47,590 nucleotides of DNA from a virus: the IMG/VR virus record IMGVR_UViG_3300045988_057867. One strand, given 5' to 3'. The notes beneath the pieces were generated by a model. It was not told the DNA's origin and did no database searches. It worked only from the letters and a program-made list of their open reading frames with translations. Both the position numbers and the translations under genes were made by a program. The stretch's first letter is position 1. Every line of letters begins with the position of its first letter. Below, piece by piece: positions 9,898 through 17,329 of this stretch.

Positions 9898-11407
9898 TGT
9901 CTTTTACTCCTTTCAGTCTTTTTTCTTCCTGCTCTAACTGTCGGCAGTTTTCGTAATAATCAGTGCCCGTCATTTCCATTGTTTCATTCGCCCTTGTGGA
10001 AAAGCCATTCTGTACTCTCTTTTCTGCTGCTGTTACCTCCTGTACCGGGTTAAGTAATCCGCGTGCAGGACCGTTCCACTGTGCTTTACAAAATGCTTTT
10101 CTGCGTAATGGGTCTGTAAAGAATCCGGGTGCGCTGATTCTTTCTTTTGCAACCGCTTCTGATAGCCATTCTTCGTAGATCGGCTGGCAAAAGTCGTTTG
10201 TCATCCATTCCCGGTACATTCTAAATGACTTCCATGCTTCTTCCAATGCGCCACGGCTTGCACTGTACGACGCTGTAAAGTGTTTCATAAGAAGTTCATA
10301 TGGTATTTCAAGCGCCGTTCCTATCTGTCTACATATTGCAGTTACAAACCCGTCAAAATTGGCGTTCGGTCTTCCCGGGTTCGCCACGTTTGGTTTTTCC
10401 CCTTCTGCCAGATCAAGAATTGCGCCCGGTGCCATTTCAAGTGTTGTTTCGTCTTCTGCATCCACCTGTACTTCTGCTGGAATTGCCGCGCCTATAGCTG
10501 CATCTTCGCTGTTGTCGGTCTTTTCAATAAAGACTGTAAACATTCCAGACACTACCGCCGCTACAAGTTCTGCGTCCGTGTACCGTCCAAGCTGTTTCAG
10601 TGCTTCTATGACTGGCGCAAGGAATGGTACGCCGCGCCGCTGATCTATCCTTTCACGGTTCATCAGATGCAGCACATTTCGTCTTCCTGTCCTGCTTCCG
10701 TATGCTTCCACCCTTACCCACTCTATAGGCTCTGACGCTCTGGAAAGCGGGTGTTGCTTGCTGAAATGATATGCTACTACTTCACCTTGTTTATCTACTT
10801 CCACGCCGCCTACAATCTGATTGTCGAACGTGTCGAAGTAATTCGGGCTTGACAACCGATCTGCTTCAATCAGCTGTATTCGCAAATCATATGGCTGATT
10901 GATTCTGTGCTTTGTCGGCAATAGTGCAAGTGTGTCACCTGACATAAGCCACCCCATGAACGCCAGTTGCTGCAACTCATAGAAATTGTCAAGTCTTGCC
11001 ATGTCGCAGTCTGGACTATCCGCCCACAAGGACCATTCGCGCTGTATCTGTTCATTTAGCGTCTGTGCTGCTTCCGGTGTAATCCCAAGCATTGAAGCGT
11101 CAACCGTCGGTTTTAGCATAAGCCCGCGCCCTACAACATTTGTTCGCATGGTCTTAATTGCTCCGGTTCCAAGCGGTACGCCCATATATAGATCACGGCT
11201 GCGCTGGCGCAATATATTCAAATTGTCGTTTATGTCCTCCCTTGCTGACCCGCCAGCATAGTTCCAACCTATCAAGGACTTTTTGTAGGTGCTTGCGCCG
11301 TAATTTCCGTAACCGCTGTTCAAAATTTCCAGTCTCTTTCTCGCAACTGTCCTTTTCAGGGCGGTGTTTGGTGCTACCGCAGACACTATTTTATCAAAAA
11401 TGTTCAT
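9857..11407 (-). CDS. Portal protein (lambda gpB family)
   Basis: 516 aa. SGYGNYGAS...KSLIGWNY...LRQRSRDLYMGVPLGTGAIKTMRTNVVG is typical of lambda-family portals. Confidence 0.85.
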   Translation of the reverse strand: MNIFDKIVSAVAPNTALKRTVARKRLEILNSGYGNYGASTYKKSLIGWNYAGGSAREDINDNLNILRQRSRDLYMGVPLGTGAIKTMRTNVVGRGLMLKPTVDASMLGITPEAAQTLNEQIQREWSLWADSPDCDMARLDNFYELQQLAFMGWLMSGDTLALLPTKHRINQPYDLRIQLIEADRLSSPNYFDTFDNQIVGGVEVDKQGEVVAYHFSKQHPLSRASEPIEWVRVEAYGSRTGRRNVLHLMNRERIDQRRGVPFLAPVIEALKQLGRYTDAELVAAVVSGMFTVFIEKTDNSEDAAIGAAIPAEVQVDAEDETTLEMAPGAILDLAEGEKPNVANPGRPNANFDGFVTAICRQIGTALEIPYELLMKHFTASYSASRGALEEAWKSFRMYREWMTNDFCQPIYEEWLSEAVAKERISAPGFFTDPLRRKAFCKAQWNGPARGLLNPVQEVTAAEKRVQNGFSTRANETMEMTGTDYYENCRQLEQEEKRLKGVKDIANSTAGEPAAGK

Positions 11408-11445
11408 GCCGTTTTCTTTTTCACCCCCTTGTTTTTGGGTATGAA

Positions 11446-11470
11446 AAAAGCACCCTGTGCAGGTGCTTTT
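11446..11470 (-). terminator. Stem-loop AAAAGCACC(N7)GGTGCTTTT followed by a T-run on the minus strand, between gpW and portal
   Basis: 9-bp stem. The minus strand reads ...GCACCTGCACAGGGTGCTTTTTTCATACCC. Confidence 0.55.
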
Positions 11471-11495
11471 CTGTATGTCCTATTTTTACATTACA

Positions 11496-11520
11496 AAAAT
11501 ACCACGTTTTGCCGTGCAAT
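11496..11520 (-). promoter_or_regulatory. Promoter-like element ATTGCACG-N8-TGGTATTTT (minus strand)
   Basis: Same spacing and boxes as 15217..15241. It is followed about 25 nt later by the hairpin at 11446..11470. Confidence 0.4.
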
Positions 11521-11580
11521 GGGGGGAAATGTTTCTCCGTTTCGGGAAATGCCGTGCAATTCCGGGAAATACTTTCTTTT

Positions 11581-11817
11581 TTACAGATCGCGTGGCACAA
11601 CTCTTTGTACTCTGTTTCTTCCTCCTGTTTTCTTCGCATTTTCAAGTTTTGCAACCCATCCATTCCAGTATTCGATCATGTTTCTTACTTCCGTTAAATT
11701 TGCCCTTGTCATTGTTCTACTGCCTATTGTATAGCTTTGCCCGGTTGCAATAATGTCTTGTGCTTCTAACCATAAATTTAATTTTTTTTGTGCTACTTCC
11801 AGTGTGATTCCTGCCAT
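11581..11817 (-). CDS. Head-tail joining protein gpW-like
   Basis: 78 aa between the large terminase and portal genes, as in lambda. LEVAQKKLNLWLEAQDIIATGQSYTIGSRTMTRANLTEVRNMI parallels the lambda W pattern. Confidence 0.7.
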   Translation of the reverse strand: MAGITLEVAQKKLNLWLEAQDIIATGQSYTIGSRTMTRANLTEVRNMIEYWNGWVAKLENAKKTGGRNRVQRVVPRDL

Positions 11818-13701
11818 TTATACTATACCTCCTGTGCTTCTTCTTCCTCTTCTTTTTTTGACTTTTGGTTGCTGTGTTGTCTGCTGATCTGGTTTCTTTA
11901 GTGGCATACCGTATATTTCTATTGCTGCCGTCGCATAATTCCGACAGTCAAGTGCTTCATTTCGTTTATGTTCTCCAAGGTCTTTTAACACCCATTCAAA
12001 CACTGCTTTTCCTCTCTTGTAGTGCAATACCTGTTTTTCCGACGTTAAGCCTTTAAAATACTTTTCGTCATATCCTCGCGGTGAATACGGTTTCCCTTTT
12101 TCGTCTTTTGGAAAATGGCAAAAGCCCGGTCCTTCCTCTTCCACTTTCAGGCGTTGCAACAGCAGTGATTTTCCTGTATCTACTCCCAGTGTAAATAAAT
12201 ACGCCTGTTCTCTGTTGTTTTTTGTTGGTTTTTGAATATATGCTGCCGCACTGTCATTTGAACCACGTATAGCAAATACACGCCTGTTAAACCGTTCTTT
12301 GCAGAATCTATATACCTGATTCGATCTGTGACCGCCGCTATCTATGCAGGTGCATACGATCTTCATTTTTGTTCCGTCCGGTTTGTGGAACGTCTGGGAC
12401 AGAAAAACATCAAGGTCTTTCCATACCTGATTTTGTATGTTGCTGTTGTCCCCGTATATTACTGCATACTTAATTCCCCAGTTTTCGTAGTCTGGTCCCC
12501 ACCCTACTACTTCAACTTCAAAACGGTCGTCCTGTGTGTCTACTCCCGCAGTCAAATACAAAACTTCTTCTGGTATCTCGCAGTTGTATCGCTCGCGGCG
12601 TTTCATCAGTTCTTCGTCCTCTACCTGTTCGCCGTCTTCTTCCCATGTCTCGCCAAGTTCTGTATTTACCCATACTTTCATCAACTCAATGTTGCCTTTT
12701 TTTACCTGTTCGTCTGCAACAATGAACTTTTCTACCATGTCCCGCCATGTTGTAAGTGTTGACGCAAGTGTATTTAAGTGAAAGCCTTTCACCGGGTTTT
12801 CCGGGTTTTCGTGTATAAAGCGCCCTTCTGTATAGTGTTCTTTCCACTCTGCTTCGCTTGATATAGCCCCGCATTTGCTGCATACATACCGTATTTCTGA
12901 CAGATCTTCTTTGTCAAACAGTACGTTCGCCCATACAAGCGGCTGCAATTCTCCGCAGCACGGGCACGGTACGTTCCATTCTCCCTTACTGCTGTTTTCG
13001 TACTCTACTTCTATTCGTGAAGCGCCTTTGATCGTCGGCGTTGATATATCCACCTGTTTTTTATTCCAGAACGTTGTCTGTCTTTTGGATGCAAGTAACA
13101 GTGGGTCCCCTTCTTGCCCTGCGCTTGCCGGATAACCGTCTATTTCGTCTGCAAGCAATATCCTGATTGTGTGTGATCGCAGCCCAGTTGGACTGTTTGC
13201 TCCTGCTATTGTGATATTGCCGCCGGGAAAAATCTTTTGTGTGATCGTGTTTCCACTGTTTCTTGATTTTTCATTTATTCTTTCCGCCAGTACCGGTGTA
13301 TCTCTAAGCATTGGTGACAGTTTTTCTTTTGAAAACTTTTCTGCCATGTCAATTGTTGGCTGTATTACCATTATCGGTGACGGGTCGTAATGGACGTAAT
13401 AGCCTATAGGGTTTAAAACCATTGCGTCTGTCTTCCCAACCTGCGCCGCAGACATAATCACCACTTTTTTTATGTGAATATCAGTGATCGCGTCCATGAT
13501 CTCTTTCTGATACGGCGCTTTTGATGTTCTCCAACGCCCCGGCTCCGCAGAAGCCCCGGCGGACAGTCTGCGGTATTTATCCGCCCATTCTGATAATTTC
13601 AGTTCTGGCGGCGGTTTTAATACACTGAATATTCTTTTAAACAGTGTCCTTGTGTTCGGTTGTATCTGCTGCATTGTTCGTTTCTCCAAATATACCGTCA
13701 A
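11818..13701 (-). CDS. Terminase large subunit (lambda GpA family)
   Basis: LKLSEWADKYRRLSAGASAEPGRWRTSKAPYQKEIMDAI...VVIMSAAQVGKTD (Walker A) is the GpA signature. The true start may be the downstream MQQIQ at 13674. Confidence 0.9.
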   Translation of the reverse strand: MTVYLEKRTMQQIQPNTRTLFKRIFSVLKPPPELKLSEWADKYRRLSAGASAEPGRWRTSKAPYQKEIMDAITDIHIKKVVIMSAAQVGKTDAMVLNPIGYYVHYDPSPIMVIQPTIDMAEKFSKEKLSPMLRDTPVLAERINEKSRNSGNTITQKIFPGGNITIAGANSPTGLRSHTIRILLADEIDGYPASAGQEGDPLLLASKRQTTFWNKKQVDISTPTIKGASRIEVEYENSSKGEWNVPCPCCGELQPLVWANVLFDKEDLSEIRYVCSKCGAISSEAEWKEHYTEGRFIHENPENPVKGFHLNTLASTLTTWRDMVEKFIVADEQVKKGNIELMKVWVNTELGETWEEDGEQVEDEELMKRRERYNCEIPEEVLYLTAGVDTQDDRFEVEVVGWGPDYENWGIKYAVIYGDNSNIQNQVWKDLDVFLSQTFHKPDGTKMKIVCTCIDSGGHRSNQVYRFCKERFNRRVFAIRGSNDSAAAYIQKPTKNNREQAYLFTLGVDTGKSLLLQRLKVEEEGPGFCHFPKDEKGKPYSPRGYDEKYFKGLTSEKQVLHYKRGKAVFEWVLKDLGEHKRNEALDCRNYATAAIEIYGMPLKKPDQQTTQQPKVKKRRGRRSTGGIV

Positions 13702-14140
13702 AGTCCGCTAGTTCTTCCAGCGCTTCGTCTGTGGCGGACTTGATAATTTCAAATATTTCAGTCTGGTTCGTTTTCTTCGCAAGTATCGGGCTGACTTTTG
13801 CCGGGACTGCCAGCAGTCTTGTTTTGAATCTTATCAGTGTATCAGTCATTACCTGTTCTATATCTTCCGTCCGGTGTAATTCCTTACGTTTCAATGCCAG
13901 TTCCAGTTCTTCATTTTCCCTTTTTGCTTTCACCAGCTTTGCGCGCTCCACATTGTAGTCTGTCGTCTCTTCTTCCGTCCCGCCTTTTCTTATGTACTCA
14001 ATGTACTGTGGTATAACTCTTGCCAGATCAAATAGACCGGGGGCGCTTTCCGTTATTATATTTTTGTCTCGCAATATCCGCACGTTTCTTTCTGTCATAT
14101 TCAGATACTTTGCCACCACTTTTACGGTGTATAATTTCAA
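13637..14140 (-). CDS. Terminase small subunit (Nu1-like, N-terminal HTH)
   Basis: The N-terminal motif KVVAKYLNMTERNVRILRDKNII is MerR-like. It is followed by ERAKLVKAKRENEELELALKRKEL, as in lambda Nu1 (ERHRLTRAQADAQELKN). It lies immediately upstream of the large terminase. Confidence 0.6.
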   Translation of the reverse strand: MKLYTVKVVAKYLNMTERNVRILRDKNIITESAPGLFDLARVIPQYIEYIRKGGTEEETTDYNVERAKLVKAKRENEELELALKRKELHRTEDIEQVMTDTLIRFKTRLLAVPAKVSPILAKKTNQTEIFEIIKSATDEALEELADFDGIFGETNNAADTTEHKDTV

Positions 14141-14204
14141 ACCCCCACCCCCTTTTTTATTTGCCGCCCGGAAGCGGAAACGAAAATTTTATTTTATTAT
14201 CTAG

Positions 14205-14248
14205 GGCGGTTTTGGGCGTCGCTGTACCCGCAGTGTCGCTGAACCGCC
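14205..14248. other. Candidate cos / terminase recognition region
   Basis: GC-rich element GGCGGTTTTGGGCGTCGCTGTACCCGCAGTGTCGCTGAACCGCC. It has 7-bp inverted ends (GGCGGTT/AACCGCC) and an internal direct repeat GTCGCTG x2. It sits in the 129-nt gap just upstream of the Nu1-like gene. Confidence 0.35.
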
Positions 14249-14269
14249 AGAAGGACCCATGATTTTTTT

Positions 14270-15088
14270 TCAAGGTTCGTCCCTCTGTTCGTCCTCGTCT
14301 TCTTCCAGATCAACGTCAAACTCACCTAAAGCCTTGCTTCTTTGTAATTCGTACTGCTGCTGTTGCAGCGTTAAGCGTCTTTCCTCTATCTCATATGCCT
14401 TGATACTATCAAGCACTTTCAGTAATCGTCCGTGAACTTTGTTTAATTCTGATTCTACTTTCATTGCGCGTTCAAATGCGCTGGACTTAATGACAGACTT
14501 CATTGCTGTCTTGAACTTCTCGCCGCCTGCTCCTGCTGCCTGCCCTGCTGCTTCCGGGTCTTGTGCTTCTCCTGTCTCTCTGCCGCTGTCTTCTTCCGCC
14601 TGCATATCCTCCACGCTCTTTGGTACAATCATGTGTACTACTTTGTCCGTATAGAACTGCTGCTGGTTCTCTTCGTCCGTGTACTGTTTCAATAGTCCTT
14701 CAAGGTATTCTTTGCGGACCATCAGGGCTTGCAGTTCTTGTAGCAGGTTTGACATTGCGCCAGCTGCTGCCAAGTTCTTTATCTGTTCTGCTGCTTCTGC
14801 GCTTATGTCCTCATATCCTACGTGTGCATAGGCTCCATGTGTTACAGCGTTTCTGTTCCCCTGTTTCTTCGGTGTCCTTCCTGCTGCATTCTTATTCCCC
14901 TTCTGTCCTCCGCGCTTGCGTGGTACCTTCTTTAGTTGTTCGTCCCATTTGTCTTCCGACTTCCATTTTCTGATTCTGCTTGCTGGCACCCCGGCTTCCT
15001 CTGCCAACTGCGCTGTTGTAATCTCTCCGCCGCTGTCCAGATATTTTTTTAAGCAGACCCCCCTCTGGGGGTTTTTTGGTCTACCCAT
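14270..15088 (-). CDS. HTH protein resembling YjcR-type phage terminase small subunits
   Basis: The N-terminal HTH (ITTAQLAEEAGVPASRIRKWK) is followed by GGQKGNKNAAGR...QGNRNAVTHGAY repeats typical of this family. It is the first gene of the late operon. Confidence 0.5.
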   Translation of the reverse strand: MGRPKNPQRGVCLKKYLDSGGEITTAQLAEEAGVPASRIRKWKSEDKWDEQLKKVPRKRGGQKGNKNAAGRTPKKQGNRNAVTHGAYAHVGYEDISAEAAEQIKNLAAAGAMSNLLQELQALMVRKEYLEGLLKQYTDEENQQQFYTDKVVHMIVPKSVEDMQAEEDSGRETGEAQDPEAAGQAAGAGGEKFKTAMKSVIKSSAFERAMKVESELNKVHGRLLKVLDSIKAYEIEERRLTLQQQQYELQRSKALGEFDVDLEEDEDEQRDEP

Positions 15089-15151
15089 CCCCTACCCTCT
15101 TTTCTTTCTTAATCGTTCGTTTTGTTTCTTCCGGTCTTTCCAGATTCCCGG

Positions 15152-15195
15152 AAATAAAAAATATATGGGCTTTTGTGTTTGGATATAAAAGCCCA
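15152..15195 (-). terminator. Intrinsic terminator after the ArpU-like gene, ahead of the late operon
   Basis: 9-bp stem TGGGCTTTT/AAAAGCCCA (15166..15174 and 15187..15195). The minus strand continues with TATATTTTTTATTT. Confidence 0.65.
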
Positions 15196-15216
15196 CAGCT
15201 GTTTCACTATAGACTT

Positions 15217-15241
15217 ATTATACCAAACTCAAACGTGCAAT
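15217..15241 (-). promoter_or_regulatory. Promoter-like element ATTGCACG-N8-TGGTATAAT (minus strand)
   Basis: Extended -10 TGgTATAAT with an upstream ATTGCAC box; a second ATTGCAC lies at 15245..15251. The same architecture recurs at 11496..11520. Confidence 0.45.
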
Positions 15242-15257
15242 AGTGTGCAATTAACAG

Positions 15258-15746
15258 CTATTCAGGTAGCCCGTAAGCTGCAATATAACTGTTACTCCTG
15301 AATCGTTTTACAAGGTTCTTTACTGCTTCGTCGCGTATGTTCTTGCACTGTCGTTCGCTGTAGTGCATGTGTTCCGCTACCTGTTCCCATTTAAGCCCGT
15401 AGAAATAAAATGAGAATACAACCATTTTTTGTTTCAATGCCAGTCGTGATACCTCGCGCAGTATTTCTACTTTCAGTCGTTGTAACTTCTCTATACTCTC
15501 TGTATAGCTTCTGATCTCTTTTCTTACGAAATCCGGCATGTCAATAGCAATGTCTTCTGTTGGTCGTGATATATGGTTCTTTCCTTTTGGCATACCATCA
15601 TACTGTATTGCGCCTGCTGGTGCATATGCCATATCTAATTCATTCCGGTTGCGTCTGCGTTCTGCTATTTCCCCGTCGATCTGTGGGTAGTATTCCAGAT
15701 ATGCAATTACTTTATCTTTGTTCATCAGTGCCACTTCCTTTGCCAT
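15258..15746 (-). CDS. ArpU/RinA-like late transcriptional regulator (sigma-70 region-4-like)
   Basis: Start set at MAKEVAL (RBS CAGGAGGAAG). The C-terminal VVFSFYFYGLKWEQVAEHMHYSERQCKNIRDEAVKNLVKRF is a region-4-type HTH typical of ArpU/RinA regulators. It is located just upstream of the terminase genes. Confidence 0.6.
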   Translation of the reverse strand: MAKEVALMNKDKVIAYLEYYPQIDGEIAERRRNRNELDMAYAPAGAIQYDGMPKGKNHISRPTEDIAIDMPDFVRKEIRSYTESIEKLQRLKVEILREVSRLALKQKMVVFSFYFYGLKWEQVAEHMHYSERQCKNIRDEAVKNLVKRFRSNSYIAAYGLPE

Positions 15747-15869
15747 GCTTGCTTCCTCCTGTTTCCTTCTCCTGTTCAGAACGCGCAGCAAGGGTAACAA
15801 CCATTTCTGGCGTTGCCCTTTTCAGATCGCTTCTGTTCATTATCTCCATTACTGCTGCCAACAGTCCCA

Positions 15870-17306
15870 TTACTCTTCCACATCCTCTAACAATCCCAAA
15901 TCTGCTGCAACTTCTCTTTTCAGGATTCCTGCTACCACATAACCGCTGTTGATCGCAGAAGACGTGTCTTCGTTATCAACGCATGTTATATACATGTCTG
16001 TTACTTCTCCCGTGGCTCTGCCACCTTCAAACACCTGTGCTACAATTATGTCTCCCGTCTTGAAATGCTCTGTGTCTTTCAGAATTATGTATGGTTTCTT
16101 TCCGTCCTCTATTTCCGCGTGCTGATTCTTTGAAATTCGTACATACTTCTTTTTCTTTGTGTCCCCGGGCAGATTCTGCATTTTTTCTTCCTGCTCTTTT
16201 TCTTTCAGTTTCTTTTTGGTTTCTCTGTCAATTGCTGCCTGTTCCCGGTTGTACTTCTGTTCTTCTGTCAGTCTCGCTTCTTTTCGGTTTACATATGTGT
16301 TGCACTTTGTTACTGTGGCTTTCTTTTCGTGGCACACTTCGTATTTATCGCAACTGTAGCATAATGATTCTACTGTTTCCGGTGTTGGGTCTTCCCACTC
16401 TTCCGGTTCTGTTTCCTGTTCTGGCGTTTCTTCTGTCTTTTCTGTCTCTTCTGTTTCTTTCTCCTGTTCTTCTGGTTCTGTTTCCTGCTCCGGTTCTTTG
16501 TCCTGCATTTCTGGCAATACCATCTGACCCGGGCACTGGCTTTCTGCTTCAATTTGTTTTTTCATCTGTTTTACTTCCGGCAGTGTCAGTTCTCCATTTT
16601 CCAGCAGTCTTTCATATGCTTTCATTTGCCATTCATGTTCCATGCCTGACACTTCAACAGCTACAGACATAATCAGTCTGCCTGCTTTGAACTCTTCCAT
16701 TAGTTCTTTTTCCAGATTATTGTATATTGCTTCATACCGTGAAATCTGCGCTTTTGTTATTCCGGTCAATTCCTCCTGCATCTCGCGAACGCGCCCCGCC
16801 AGATTGTATTCTTTCTTTATGTCTCGCACCAGTTCTTTAAGCTGTATGATTTCAACCATCTTTTCAAAGTCTGTTTTATCTCTAAAGCTGTTCGCCATGA
16901 TGATTGCCAGCTTGTCTGCTGTTTCCTCTTTCTTGTACATGCAAGGAATATACCGGAACTGTTCTTTTCCTTCTTCTACCAGTGCCAATGAAGCAAGGCG
17001 GCGGCGGTGTCCTGCGATCACGTCATATTTTCCATTTACGGGCTTTTTCACAATGCACGGCTGCAAAATGCCTACCAGTTCAATTGATCGTTTCAATGCT
17101 GCGTCTACATGATAAAAATTATCTTTCGACGGTATCATGTCGTATGCGTCAACCATGAATACGTTATTTCCCTGCTGTTTGTTTTCTTCTGTTCTCTCTT
17201 CCTGTGTTCCCTCTGCTGCCGGGTGCTGTTCTTCTGCTTCCTGTTTCTGCTTTGAACGCTGGTTCAGCAGGTCCATTAAATTAAACTTTTCTGCTTTTGC
17301 TGCCAT
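15870..17306 (-). CDS. parB: ParB-like N-terminal domain protein with an acidic linker and a C-terminal ASCH/DUF3850-like domain
   Basis: ParB box LKRSIELVGILQPCIVKK...YDVIAGHRRRLASLAL. The linker is Glu/Thr/Pro-rich (EQETEPEEQEKETEETEKTEE). The C-terminal DGKKPYIILKDTEHFKTGDIIVAQVFEGGRATGEV resembles the ASCH-type fold. Confidence 0.7.
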   Translation of the reverse strand: MAAKAEKFNLMDLLNQRSKQKQEAEEQHPAAEGTQEERTEENKQQGNNVFMVDAYDMIPSKDNFYHVDAALKRSIELVGILQPCIVKKPVNGKYDVIAGHRRRLASLALVEEGKEQFRYIPCMYKKEETADKLAIIMANSFRDKTDFEKMVEIIQLKELVRDIKKEYNLAGRVREMQEELTGITKAQISRYEAIYNNLEKELMEEFKAGRLIMSVAVEVSGMEHEWQMKAYERLLENGELTLPEVKQMKKQIEAESQCPGQMVLPEMQDKEPEQETEPEEQEKETEETEKTEETPEQETEPEEWEDPTPETVESLCYSCDKYEVCHEKKATVTKCNTYVNRKEARLTEEQKYNREQAAIDRETKKKLKEKEQEEKMQNLPGDTKKKKYVRISKNQHAEIEDGKKPYIILKDTEHFKTGDIIVAQVFEGGRATGEVTDMYITCVDNEDTSSAINSGYVVAGILKREVAADLGLLEDVEE

Positions 17307-17329
17307 GCTCTTTACCTCCGTTTTGTGCC

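Noticed and set aside
8780-9937. 385-aa plus-strand ORF
   Set aside because: It is antisense to the well-supported ClpP-type protease/scaffold gene. Its composition is low-complexity (S/F/A/C-rich), it has no RBS, and it has no recognisable motif.
16345-16552. Two Arg/Lys-rich minus-strand ORFs (60-63 aa)
   Set aside because: They are alternative frames of the Glu-rich repetitive linker of the ParB-like gene, which is a frame-shifted low-complexity artefact.
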